In this document: one piece after another, positions 21,000 to 30,920 of the stretch | Numbering within the stretch: the stretch's first letter is position 1 | Layout of the letters: each line of letters opens with the position of its first letter | Assembly: GCA_963795855.1 (NCBI GenBank) | Contig: CAWCIZ010000003.1 | Span: 960,001-1,024,000 of the forward strand | Source: Vulcanimicrobiota bacterium | GTDB taxonomy: Bacteria; Vulcanimicrobiota; Vulcanimicrobiia; Vulcanimicrobiales; Vulcanimicrobiaceae | Direction: 5' to 3' | Length of the DNA stretch: 64,000 bases | The notes under the pieces: model-generated | What the model was told of the DNA's origin: nothing | Database searches by the model: none | The model's input: only the letters and a program-made list of their open reading frames with translations | Made by a program: the position numbers and the translations under genes

Positions 21000-21359
21000 C
21001 TACTTCGTAAGCGTGCGGAGTTCTTCGATGCGCGCCACGGCGCGGCGCAGATGCGGAATGACGATCGAACCGCCGACGACGAGTCCGACGTTGAGCGCGT
21101 CCAGCAGTTCGGCGTCGGTCATTCCGAGCTCTACGCATTGGCCGAGATGATACGTAACGCAGTCATCGCAGCGCAATACGAGCGATGCCACGAGACCGAT
21201 GAGTTCTTTCGTTCGCTGCGGCAGCGCGCCGGGTTCGTACGCGCGCGCATCCAGATTGAAGAAACGTTTGATGCCGAGATGATCCGAATCGAGGATATTC
21301 TCATTCATCCGCCGCCGGAACTCGTTGAAGTCGTGAATGCTGTGAACGTCGTCCGGCAT
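21000..21359 (-). CDS. Carboxymuconolactone decarboxylase/AhpD family protein
   Basis: GAL...TKELIGL.ASLVLRCDDCVTYH. Confidence 0.88.
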   Translation of the reverse strand: MPDDVHSIHDFNEFRRRMNENILDSDHLGIKRFFNLDARAYEPGALPQRTKELIGLVASLVLRCDDCVTYHLGQCVELGMTDAELLDALNVGLVVGGSIVIPHLRRAVARIEELRTLTK

Positions 21360-21365
21360 GCGGAC

Positions 21366-22449
21366 CTAGCGCGCCGGCGCGAGCGGAGCGAATTGCGCGA
21401 GGAACCGTTCGACGAGCGGAAGCGCTACGCCGGCGTCCGCAAAGCGCCGTTGCAACCCTTCCGGCGTTGGAGAAGGCAGAACGGACATGAATACCGCGGG
21501 GCCGTTCGTGCTTCGAACGTCGACCTGTGACGCGCCGGCGGGAATGAGCGCGGTCTCGTACGGTGCCAGCAGCGCGGAGCCGCCGGTGCAATGCAATTCC
21601 AGGCCCGCTCCGAGCGCCGAAAGAATCAACGGGCGGTTGCGCGTGCTCAACGACGCAGCCGTTTCCGTCGCGGTGACGCGCTCGACCAGGAAATGCGCGT
21701 CCGCGATCAATGCGGTTCGCGAAAAGCCTTCCGCGGCATAGGTGAGTTCGTCGAGCGGCTGTTCCGACGTCGACGCGCGGTAGTCGAGGACGTCGGCCGC
21801 TTTTTCTAAATGCAAAGGCCGCGGCCGGCCGTCCGCGCCCAAGCGATTCCAATCGTACATGCGGTACGTCAAATCACTCGCCTGCTGCGTTTCGTACAGC
21901 GTAATGCCCGGACCGATCGCGTGAACTCGTCCCGCGGGAATATAAAAGGCGTCCCCGGCCTTCACCGGAACGCGACGCAAGATTTCGCCGAGCGTACCGT
22001 CGGCCACGCGCCGTTCGTATTCATCGCGGCTGGTTTCGCGCGACCATCCCATCACCAATTGCGAACCCGGCTCCGCGTCCATCACGTACCAGCATTCGGT
22101 TTTTCCGTTCGGCTGATGCTCGACGCGCCGCGCGTACGCATCATCCGGATGGACTTGAACGGAAAGCCAGTCGCGCGCAGTAATGATTTTCGTGAGCACG
22201 GGAAACATGCGCGCGGGATCGATTTCGCCGAGGAAAGCCGCGCCCATACGCACGCGCAGACTGCGCGATGCTCTCGCCGGCCAGCGGCCCGTTCAGCACC
22301 ACGTTCGCGTCCCAGCACTCCCACGACTCGCCCCACGTTTCGGACGGATCTCCGTATTTTCCGTAACGCTCGACCAGCGCGCTGCCGCCCCAAATCGCAG
22401 CGGCGAGTTTGGGCTGCAGGAGGTACGGATAGAGTTGTGCGTCCGGCAT
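21366..22449 (-). CDS. manA: Mannose-6-phosphate isomerase, class I (frameshift ~22250)
   Basis: IWGG, GESWE, FPVLTKII, LSVQVHPDD, GKTECWY, HAIGPG, QQASDLTYRMYDW. Confidence 0.92.
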
Positions 22450-22507
22450 GGTGCACGACTGAATACGAGGCGCGGGCGCGCGATTCCCCGCAATGGCGGG
22501 CGCGTTA

Positions 22508-23209
22508 CTAGAGGTTCGCGGGTTCGCCTCGTTCGACGATCGCTTTGAAGCGCCGCAGATCTTCGGCGACGGCGCGTTGCGGATCGTCGCCCAAGATTCG
22601 CGCCATCGACGCGCCGATGTAACGCGCCGGCGGCGCGTATTCGAGTACGACTCGCACTTCCGTCGAGCCGTCGCCCTGATCGAAGTGCACCGATCCGGCG
22701 TGATGAATCGCCGAACCCGGCAAGGAGCGCCAACCGATGAGCCGACCGGGCACGTCGTTGATGATCTCCGCTTCCCACGTGACGCGGCTTCCCACCGGCG
22801 CGCGTACGCGCCAGCGCGATCGGCGGTCCGTAAGCGTCGTCACTTCCTCCACGTGTTCCATGAATTGCGGAAGCGTGTCGAGCCGGCGCCAAAAGTCGTA
22901 CAGTTCGCCTGCGGGCCGCGCAACGGAAATGGATTGCTCGACGCGCACGCCCGTTCCATACGGCACGCTCGCCGCGGGATTGTAGTACTCGCCGCGCCGG
23001 CGGTTCTTCGCGGTGTCGACGCCGAGCGCGCCGTAGGCCGGACAGAAACCCGTGAAGCCGCGGTACAGGAATGCCGCCGATGCGGCGCCGGCCGCGGCGC
23101 CGAGCAAACCGCGCCGGCGCACGCCGACGAACGCGAGCAAGCCGCCGAGTCCCAGTGATATCCAGCGCTCGATTGCGCCGACGTTCCTCGCGTCGTGCAT
23201 ATGCCACAC
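22508..23209 (-). CDS. DUF2892 membrane domain + SRPBCC/cyclase-dehydrase domain protein
   Basis: NVG..ERW, RG.TG.CP.Y..LG, LY.FWR.L..LPQFM.H, WEAEI, EDLRRFK. Confidence 0.85.
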   Translation of the reverse strand: MWHMHDARNVGAIERWISLGLGGLLAFVGVRRRGLLGAAAGAASAAFLYRGFTGFCPAYGALGVDTAKNRRRGEYYNPAASVPYGTGVRVEQSISVARPAGELYDFWRRLDTLPQFMEHVEEVTTLTDRRSRWRVRAPVGSRVTWEAEIINDVPGRLIGWRSLPGSAIHHAGSVHFDQGDGSTEVRVVLEYAPPARYIGASMARILGDDPQRAVAEDLRRFKAIVERGEPANL

Positions 23210-23293
23210 TCTCCTGGTCGCATTATCTCACGAAACCAGATGCTCTATGCGCCTTCGGGGGCCGAGCGGCCGCCGCGCCGAACACGTTTGCCC

Positions 23294-24715
23294 GTGCAAA
23301 TCTACATCGGCATCGGATCGAATCTCGGCGATCGGCAGGCAAACATTCTGGCTGCTTTGCAGCGGCTGCGCGCGCGCGCCGATGTCGTTGCCGTCTCCGC
23401 GTTCTATGAAAGCGAGGCTGCCGGAGGCGCCGAAGGGCCGCCGTTTTTGAACGTAGCCGCGGAATTGGAGACGCCGCTGGATTGCGAAGCGTTCGAGCGC
23501 TTTGCACGGGACGTGGAGAGCGCGGTCGGCCGCTTGCGATCGCGAAAACTCGCTGCGCGCCCCATCGACATCGACGTCCTCTGGACGGACGGCTACGTGC
23601 ATCCGCAGTTACGCGAACGGCGCTACAACCTCGTGCCGCTTGCCGAGATCGCGCCGCAGCTCGATCTGCCTGCGGTGAACGCGCAGGCTAACGGCATGCA
23701 CCGCCGCGCGCGTTCGCTGCACTTCAATGCGAACCGTCAGGAGGAAGCGCCCGACGTACGGCTTTCGCTCAGCCGCGTCGGCGTGTCGAGCGTGCGCCGA
23801 ATCGTGCATTTGAACGTCGACGGAAAAGAGCGCGTCTTCAACGGCGAGTTTTCCATGGTCGCCGATCTCGCCCCGCATAAAGCCGGCGTGCACATGTCGC
23901 GCTTCAATGAGATTTTGGAAGAGGCCGCGCTCGACGTGCTCGCGCGGGAAACGCAGCCTGCGCGCATCGAGCGCCTCGTCGAGGCGATCGCCAAAGAGAT
24001 CGTGCAATCCCAGCGAGCCGTTCGCGCGGACGTTCGTCTTCGTGCCGATTTCGGCTTGGAGCGATGGACGCCGGTCAGCGGCAAGCGCGGCGAAGAAACG
24101 TATACGCTCGTCGGCATCGCGCATGCCGACCACGAGGGGACGCGCCGCGTGATCGGCGTCGAGGCGGAAGGCATGACCGCATGCCCGTGCGCGCAGCTGA
24201 TGGTGCGCGAGCACAGCATGCACGAATTGCTCGAAGCAGGCTTTTCATCCGCCGACGCGGAGCGCGCGCTGGACGCGCTTCCGGTTGCCACGCACAATCA
24301 ACGCGGTCGAGGCAGCGTACTCATCGGCGTACAGCCTGAACATGCCGATGCCGTGCGTGCCGAAGATCTGGTAGAGATCGTCGAGAATGCGATGTCGAGC
24401 GAAACCTACGATCTGCTCAAACGCCCCGACGAGTTTTTCATCGTCAACAAGGCGCATCATAATCCGAAATTCGTCGAAGACGTGGTGCGCGGCATTCTCG
24501 CCAGCGCGCTCGACATGTACGCCGATTTCGGGGACGCAACGTTCGTATCGGCGACTCAAGTCAATTACGAATCGATTCACAAGCACGATGCGTTTGCTGA
24601 AGCCTCCGGGACGTTCGGCGAATTTCGCCATGAATTGCGCACGGCCGAATACGTCACGCAGAAGACGGAACTCGCAACCTGGCTCCGGACGCGCCCGTCG
24701 CCGGTTTTGATGTAG
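23294..24715 (+). CDS. folK-mptA: FolK (HPPK) fused to MptA/FolE2-family GTP cyclohydrolase
   Basis: N-terminal GSNLGDR, FLN, RPIDIDVL, HP..RER..LVPLAEIAP; C-terminal RVGV, GVHMSRF, GMTACPCAQ, ATHNQRG, LLKRPDE, NPKFVEDVVR, ESIHKHDA; one uninterrupted frame. Confidence 0.88.
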   Translation: MQIYIGIGSNLGDRQANILAALQRLRARADVVAVSAFYESEAAGGAEGPPFLNVAAELETPLDCEAFERFARDVESAVGRLRSRKLAARPIDIDVLWTDGYVHPQLRERRYNLVPLAEIAPQLDLPAVNAQANGMHRRARSLHFNANRQEEAPDVRLSLSRVGVSSVRRIVHLNVDGKERVFNGEFSMVADLAPHKAGVHMSRFNEILEEAALDVLARETQPARIERLVEAIAKEIVQSQRAVRADVRLRADFGLERWTPVSGKRGEETYTLVGIAHADHEGTRRVIGVEAEGMTACPCAQLMVREHSMHELLEAGFSSADAERALDALPVATHNQRGRGSVLIGVQPEHADAVRAEDLVEIVENAMSSETYDLLKRPDEFFIVNKAHHNPKFVEDVVRGILASALDMYADFGDATFVSATQVNYESIHKHDAFAEASGTFGEFRHELRTAEYVTQKTELATWLRTRPSPVLM

Positions 24716-24801
24716 GCCGGCGGAACCGCCGCCGCTGGGACCGAAGCCTCATGACCCTCGACGCTCGATGCGTACGATAGAGCGGTCTGAGTGAGGCCGG
24801 G

Positions 24802-25440
24802 ATGAAACACCTCTTGCCGCTTTCGGCGTTTGCGTTCATCGGAATCTTCGCTTTTGCGTGTGCCGCAGCGGTTGCGGCGTCCGGGTTGAGCGCCGGCGAG
24901 CTCCACAAGCTTCGCGCGATTCCGTTCGCGGTGGTTCCCGCTACGGTTCCCGCGGGTTTTCACGGTCACGTGACCGTCAACGCGTCGAAGCACGCGTACA
25001 CCGTCGTCTATACCGGTCCGGGCGGCGCGACGATCCGTATCGCCGGGAACCGGCGCGGCACCCGGTCCGCTTCCGGAGCGGCAGCCACGGCGCAGCCGCG
25101 CGGCCTGTTTCAAAAGTTGGCCGGAGCGTTTAGCCATTTCGGACACAAAGTGGAGAGCAACGCGTCTTCTCTGCACGGTGCCGGCGGCCAAGCCAGCCGA
25201 AACGCGAACGCGGATAACGGCAAAGCCGGTGAGGAACAGGAAGAAATGACCGCGGTTTCCGCCGATTCCCCGCTGCTCGGACCCGTGAATTTTCAGCGCG
25301 CCGGAAAGTGCCTGAGCGGCTACAACGATCCGTCGAAAGCTGCCATCTCCAACGCGTCTTTCACGGTGGCCGCATGTAATCTGCACGAACCGGACGCTTT
25401 GATCCGAGCGTACCGTTCACTCGAGCGCGTCAGCCAGTAG
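24802..25440 (+). CDS. Secreted hypothetical protein
   Basis: 212-aa ORF with signal peptide; two C-terminal Cys. Confidence 0.65.
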   Translation: MKHLLPLSAFAFIGIFAFACAAAVAASGLSAGELHKLRAIPFAVVPATVPAGFHGHVTVNASKHAYTVVYTGPGGATIRIAGNRRGTRSASGAAATAQPRGLFQKLAGAFSHFGHKVESNASSLHGAGGQASRNANADNGKAGEEQEEMTAVSADSPLLGPVNFQRAGKCLSGYNDPSKAAISNASFTVAACNLHEPDALIRAYRSLERVSQ

Positions 25441-25445
25441 TCCCC

Positions 25446-27072
25446 TTGTCGCGAAAATATTTCGCGCCTGCGGTTTTGCTGCTCTCCCTTCTACTGCTGC
25501 TCAACGATGCCGCGGCGTTCCGGCTCGATCTGTTTTTCGAATGCCTCGCGCGTCTGGGCATGCTCGTGCTGGCTGCGTTGATGCTGCGCAAATGGCTGGC
25601 GGAGGCGCGTTACGAAGGACAGCGCAGATTGCTGTTGTGCGGACTGCTCGGTCTCTCACTCGACGTTTACTGGCAGCTCGCTTACAGCGGCGCGTTTCAA
25701 TGGTTTGCGATGCTTTTGAAATTCGCGGGTGTGGCCACGGGTCTGATGTGCTTCATCGCACTCACCGCCTCGTTCGGAAACGGCGCTCGCGGAACACGTT
25801 TTCGCGTCGTTCTCAGGCTCGTCGCTCCGCTCATGGGCCTTGTCGTCTTCATTGCGGGTGTCGCGCTCGGGTTCGGTTGGATGGCCCACTGCAGATCCGG
25901 CGCGGGCGGATGTTACGTCGACGACGCGTTTTCGATCTGGAGTTATCGCGCGTACTTTATCGCGGACTCCACTGCGCGCTTGCTCATCTTTGCCGCCGCG
26001 CTTGCGGCGGTCATAACGTCGCCGGAGAACCGTCAACGGCTGCTGCTCGTTGCAGTGTCGTGCATGCTGCTCGCCGCCGGAACGGCAATCGACTTCACCG
26101 TGCGGCTCGCGACGGTGCCGCCGGACACCGTATTTGCCCTGCAAGTGCTCGATGCGATCTTGACGCTGCTCTTCGTGCTCGGCATGTTCGTCGCCATTAC
26201 GAAAAACCGGATGTTCGACGTGGCGTTCTATTTTAGTGGCGGGATTGTGTATGGCGCAGTATTCGTGCTCGCGCTCATCGTGAACTTGGCGATGCAGCGT
26301 ATTCTGCTCGCCGCTGCAGCTCGCCGTACTGGCCGCGCTCCTCGCGTTCGCCGTCGGAGCGCGATCGTATCTTGCGGCGCACCGCCAAATGCGCCAGATC
26401 GCGATCTACGCCGTCGCCATGGCGCTCTTCAATAGCGCGTGGATCTGGATAGAAGGCAGCGCGCACCACGGTGCAGCGGGCCGTGTCGAAAAACTGCTTG
26501 CGGGCGTTCCGAACGCCGGCCTGTTCGTCGACGTGGCGTTTGCGGCGTTCACGATGCTGGTCTTGAGCCGCACCGAGGAAACGCTGCGCACCGCGTTGCA
26601 CGTGCGAATCATGTCCGACGTCCAAAAGCGTTTGGAGCGTCTGCGGCATTTCAAGGAGAGTTTACCGTTTTTCACCCGCGCGGCGGAGTTGGAGCGCATG
26701 CTGGTCGAAACGATCACGGCAACGATCGAAGCGCGGTACGTGCATCTGTTTTTGCATCGCGATTCGGCCACGTATGCGTCGGCCGCTTCGTATCCGCCGA
26801 GCGCGCAGCAACCGCTCACCGTGGACGTCGACCGGCCCTCGGACTTGCGTTGCGCGCAACGCTGCTGCGCCAGCCTCCCCCCGAGCTGCTGCATCCACGA
26901 TGCCGTACTGTATCCGCCGATGCCGGTCGCCGGAAAGCTGTTCGGTTTTTTCGTGCTCGGCCCAAAAGCGTGCGAGCACGGCTCGGAATACTCGAAACCG
27001 GAAGCGAAAGCATTGTACGCGCTCGCCAGAGAAGCCGGCGCTACCCTTCACGAACTTCGGGGGCACGCATGA
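25446..27072 (+). CDS. Multi-pass membrane protein with C-terminal GAF-like domain (frameshifted ~26310-26390)
   Basis: About 9-10 hydrophobic segments; C-terminal PMPVAGKLFGFFVLGPK...YS..E..AL..LA.EAG..L is GAF-like. Confidence 0.65.
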
Positions 27073-27842
27073 CACGCTGGACGTTTCCGATCCTCACCGC
27101 TCTCTGCCTGGTATTGGCGGCGCCCGCGGCTCGCGCAGATCAGCACTCCGAGGACGCGGCAATGGGTCGCAGCGTCTACCACGATCTCAAGAGCAAGGAC
27201 CAAATCGTCTCGAATTCTCCATACAACGCAATATTGCAGCGCGTTGGAAAGCGGGTAGCCGCCGCAGCCGGCCCGCAGTGGTACGTGGAGCGATTCTACG
27301 TGATCCGCGGCAATCAGATGAATGCGTTCTCGGCGCCGGGCGGATACGTATTCGTCAACGAAGGTCTGCTTCGGAATGCGGACAACGCCGACGAGTTGGC
27401 CAACGTCCTTGGACATGAAACTGCGCATCTGGTCCTCGGTCACGTAAGCGCGCGCGCCAAGCAACAGCAGCGCCGGAACTTTCTCTATAACATAGGGCAC
27501 ATTTTCGCGAAGAACTCGCAAGGCTCGCAAAATACCTTCAATGTCGCTACGCAAGCCGGCAATTATACGTTTCTCGGTTTTACGCGCGATCAGGAATATC
27601 AAGCGGACGCGTACGGTTCAACATTTGCCGCGCGGGCCGGCTACAATCCGTGGGGCGCGGTGTGGTTTTTCGATGAAACGGAGCGCATGTACGGCGATGC
27701 GGGATTCGAGCAATACGTGCAGCAGCATCCCTCGACGAAGGATCGCATAACGCGGCTGGAGGCCTATTTCAAAGCCTATCCTCGGCTCTTCGGACGGTGG
27801 AGTCGCCGTCTGACCAACCGCGGCGGCCTTCCGGCGACGTAG
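27069..27842 (+). CDS. M48 family metalloprotease, secreted (BepA/YfgC-like core)
   Basis: NAFSAPGG.VFV..GLL, ELANVLGHETAH, RDQEYQAD, HPS..DRI. Confidence 0.9.
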   Translation: MTRWTFPILTALCLVLAAPAARADQHSEDAAMGRSVYHDLKSKDQIVSNSPYNAILQRVGKRVAAAAGPQWYVERFYVIRGNQMNAFSAPGGYVFVNEGLLRNADNADELANVLGHETAHLVLGHVSARAKQQQRRNFLYNIGHIFAKNSQGSQNTFNVATQAGNYTFLGFTRDQEYQADAYGSTFAARAGYNPWGAVWFFDETERMYGDAGFEQYVQQHPSTKDRITRLEAYFKAYPRLFGRWSRRLTNRGGLPAT

Positions 27843-29046
27843 GGCCCGGCTCGCCCAAAGAAGCAGCGCGCTCGAGGACTTCGATGCGCGCTTTGAGCGA
27901 AGGGTGCGTCGAGAAGAGAAACTCATACCAAGCCGGCTGTTCGTCTTCTGCCAAGTTTTGATCGCGTAGTCTGCGGAACGCAGACGCGCCCACTTTCGGT
28001 GCGCGAGTCGTTTCCAATGCGAAGCGATCCGCGGCCCATTCACGCGAACGCGCAAAAGCGCTGATGGCGGGGCGGAGTGCCTGCGAGAGCAGCGTTGCCC
28101 AAAGTTGAATGCGCGCTAGTTTTCGAGCGTCGGCTTCGGAAGCGTGCTCCGAGCGCAGAGCGTTCTCGATAAAGAATGCGCCGAACATGATCGCCGTTGC
28201 AACGCTTTGACCGAGCGCGATCATCCGCCACGTGTCCTTGGAAACATAGTGCCCGATCTCGTGCGCGACGACGAATTCAATCTCTTCCTCGGGGAAGTGT
28301 TCGACGAGTGTGTCACCCAGCACGATGCGATGCGTATTGCCGATGCCGATGACGAACGCGTTCGCTTTTTTCGTCTGCTTGCTCATGTTCATGCGCAAGA
28401 TTTCCGCGTCGCCCACGCCGAAGCGCGCCGCAAGCGCCCGAAGGCGGCGTTCGAGCGGGCCGGTGACCGGCTCGTACGTATTGAAAAGCGGCATTACGTA
28501 CAGCGGGATGACGACGTTCGCAACCAACAGCAGCGGGAACACGCCGATGCTCGCGACGGACGGCCACGCATCCGGAAATTTGCGCAGCACCGCAGCGAGT
28601 CCGCCGGCCAAAAGCGAGGCGACCCCGCCGCCGATTGCGCTTTGTTTGACGTGATCGCCAAACCACGAACCGATCCGCTGTTCGCTCAAGCCGTACGATC
28701 GTTCGATGGCATAGCCTTCGACGAAGTCCACGGGCAGTTCCGCGATGCTCTCGATGAGTGAAACCTCGGCAACGAACGCCATCGGCCGAAGCCAGACCGG
28801 CATACTCTTCACGCTTCGCTCCAACGCCGCACCGGCCGGGCCGTACGCAAGCGCCGCGCTTCCCGCGAGCGAGCGGGCGATACCGCCCATCATGAGCGCG
28901 CGTCGAACCCGTCCGTATTCGGCGGCGTCCGGGCGCCGCATCTCCGGGGGCGCGCGGAAGATTCGCAGCGCTTGCAGGGCGCGCGCCGCCGTATATCCCG
29001 CGGTGCATCCGGCCGCGATGCCGAGAAGATAGTCGCGTGTCTTCAT
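27769..29046 (-). CDS. M48A Ste24-like membrane zinc protease
   Basis: KANAFVIGIG, IVLGDTL, VAHEIGH, SREWAADRFA, STHPSL..RI. Confidence 0.9.
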   Translation of the reverse strand: MKTRDYLLGIAAGCTAGYTAARALQALRIFRAPPEMRRPDAAEYGRVRRALMMGGIARSLAGSAALAYGPAGAALERSVKSMPVWLRPMAFVAEVSLIESIAELPVDFVEGYAIERSYGLSEQRIGSWFGDHVKQSAIGGGVASLLAGGLAAVLRKFPDAWPSVASIGVFPLLLVANVVIPLYVMPLFNTYEPVTGPLERRLRALAARFGVGDAEILRMNMSKQTKKANAFVIGIGNTHRIVLGDTLVEHFPEEEIEFVVAHEIGHYVSKDTWRMIALGQSVATAIMFGAFFIENALRSEHASEADARKLARIQLWATLLSQALRPAISAFARSREWAADRFALETTRAPKVGASAFRRLRDQNLAEDEQPAWYEFLFSTHPSLKARIEVLERAASLGEPGPTSPEGRRGWSDGDSTVRRAEDRL

Positions 29047-29060
29047 GGTACTCCGTTGCA

Positions 29061-30572
29061 ATGCAGGTTCTGATCAACGCGCGCGTTTACTGCTACGACC
29101 CGTCCACCCGCTCGTATTCCCGTCGCGGCGGATTGGTACTCGACGGCGAACGCATCATATCGCTCGATCCCGGCGATGCCGGCGCGGGCGTCGAGCAAAT
29201 CGACATGGACGGGACCGTCATAGTGCCCGCGTTCGCTGATTGTCACGTGCATCTCACCGATACGGGCTACTTTTTGGACGAGAGGTTTCTGGGCGGCGTT
29301 CGATCGTATGACGAGTTTGCGCGCGCGGTGAGCCGCATTCCGGGCGGCGCATTCGTGTTCGCGGGGCAGTACGACGAAAGCTTTTGGAATGACGGCCGCC
29401 AAGCCGACGCGCGTGTGCTCGAACGTTGTTTTCCCGACGCGCGCGCGATGCTGGTACGCGTCGACGGCCATTCGTGCATCGTCAACCGCAAGACGTTCGA
29501 GTGGCTGGGCATTCCGGAAAACTTGCAAGGCGTCGAACGCGACGTTGACGGGCGGCCCACCGGAAAACTTTTTCTCGAGGCGAATTGGCGCGCGCAAGCG
29601 CGCTTCATGAAGGCGCTGCCGGAAAACGTCCGCCGCGACGCAGACCGCCGTGCAACCGAACTCGCGCTTTCGCGCGGCTACCTGCACATGCACGTCCAAT
29701 TCGTGGGGTTGGAACGCGACCAGTATGGGTTCGAGATCGACGCGCTCGGCGATCTGCCGAAGGCAAAATGGTACCCGAAAATCTGCGAGCCGGATCCGGC
29801 CTTGGCTCGGGAACTGGGTTTGCCATACGTCGGCGGCGACGTATTTTTGGACGGCTCCATCGGCAGTTGTACCGCGGCGGTCACCGATCCGTTTCTCACC
29901 ACCGGTTCCTGCGGCGAATTGAAGTACTCCGACGACGAATTATACGTGTACTTTTCGAACGCGGAAGCGCTGGGCATATCGGCGGGCGTCCACGCCATCG
30001 GCGATCGCGCCATCGAACAGTGCATCGCTACGTGGGAACGCGTCTTGAACGGAAAACCGAGCGCGCGGGGAAATCGACACTTCATCGAACATTTCGAGAT
30101 CGCGCGCGCGGAGCACATCGAGGCATGCGCGCGCATGGGCATTTACCTTTCGATGCAGCCGCAGTTCGATGAATTGTGGGGCGGTGCGGGCGCGATGTAC
30201 GACGCGCGGCTCGGAACCAAGCGCATGCGCACTATGAACGCCCTTGGGCGCATCGAACGCGCCGGCGTGGTGCTTTGCGGTGGCGACGACAGCCCGGTGT
30301 GCGCATTGTCGCCGCTGGAGGGCATGCAGGCCGCAGTCGATCATCACGAAGAATCGGAACGGTTGAGCGCGCATCAAGCGCTGACCATGTATACGTATAA
30401 CGCCGCGCGCTTGGCGCACGCCGAAGCGTGTACCGGTCTGCTCGCGCCCGGATATGCTGCGGATTTCGTCGTGCTGGATCGCGACCCGCTGGACGGCGCG
30501 CGCTTTGCGGACAGCGCGGTGCTTGCGACGTGGTCGGATGGCGCGCCGGTATACCGGAGCAGTTCGGGTTGA
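29061..30572 (+). CDS. Amidohydrolase family 3 (YtcJ-like)
   Basis: PAFADCHVH, RVDGH, FLDGSIGS.TA, HAIGDRA, IEHFE, MYTYNAA, ADFVVLD. Confidence 0.9.
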   Translation: MQVLINARVYCYDPSTRSYSRRGGLVLDGERIISLDPGDAGAGVEQIDMDGTVIVPAFADCHVHLTDTGYFLDERFLGGVRSYDEFARAVSRIPGGAFVFAGQYDESFWNDGRQADARVLERCFPDARAMLVRVDGHSCIVNRKTFEWLGIPENLQGVERDVDGRPTGKLFLEANWRAQARFMKALPENVRRDADRRATELALSRGYLHMHVQFVGLERDQYGFEIDALGDLPKAKWYPKICEPDPALARELGLPYVGGDVFLDGSIGSCTAAVTDPFLTTGSCGELKYSDDELYVYFSNAEALGISAGVHAIGDRAIEQCIATWERVLNGKPSARGNRHFIEHFEIARAEHIEACARMGIYLSMQPQFDELWGGAGAMYDARLGTKRMRTMNALGRIERAGVVLCGGDDSPVCALSPLEGMQAAVDHHEESERLSAHQALTMYTYNAARLAHAEACTGLLAPGYAADFVVLDRDPLDGARFADSAVLATWSDGAPVYRSSSG

Positions 30573-30582
30573 GCCGAATGTT

Positions 30583-30893
30583 TTACTGCGCCCGCGGCTG
30601 CCGGTCGATCGCGCCTTCGGTTCGCGGCCGAATGCCATGCGCAGCTCGTCTTTCGCCTTCTCGAGCGTGCGTTTTTGCTTCGCGCTCACGTTTTTACCGC
30701 CGCGATTGATGAAGAAGGTCAACATCGACATTGCGGAGCGGAACGGTTCGGCTTTTCTGCGCGTGCTGCGCTCCGCAGAGCGCTTGAGCGAGCGTGCGAT
30801 GGCTTTCGGATCGCTTTGCGCGAACACGCCTTGCTCTAAATCGAGCGCGTCGCTGCGTTCCATGACTTTATGCGACCATTTACGTGCAGGCAT
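30583..30893 (-). CDS. DUF3175-like small basic protein (3' end uncertain, probable indel)
   Basis: KWS..V...SDALDLEQGVF...DPKAIARSLKRSAE.S.RRK..PFRSAMSMLTFFINRGG..AKDELR. Confidence 0.75.
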
Positions 30894-30920
30894 GCGAAGA
30901 TCGTACCCACGAGAACGCGC

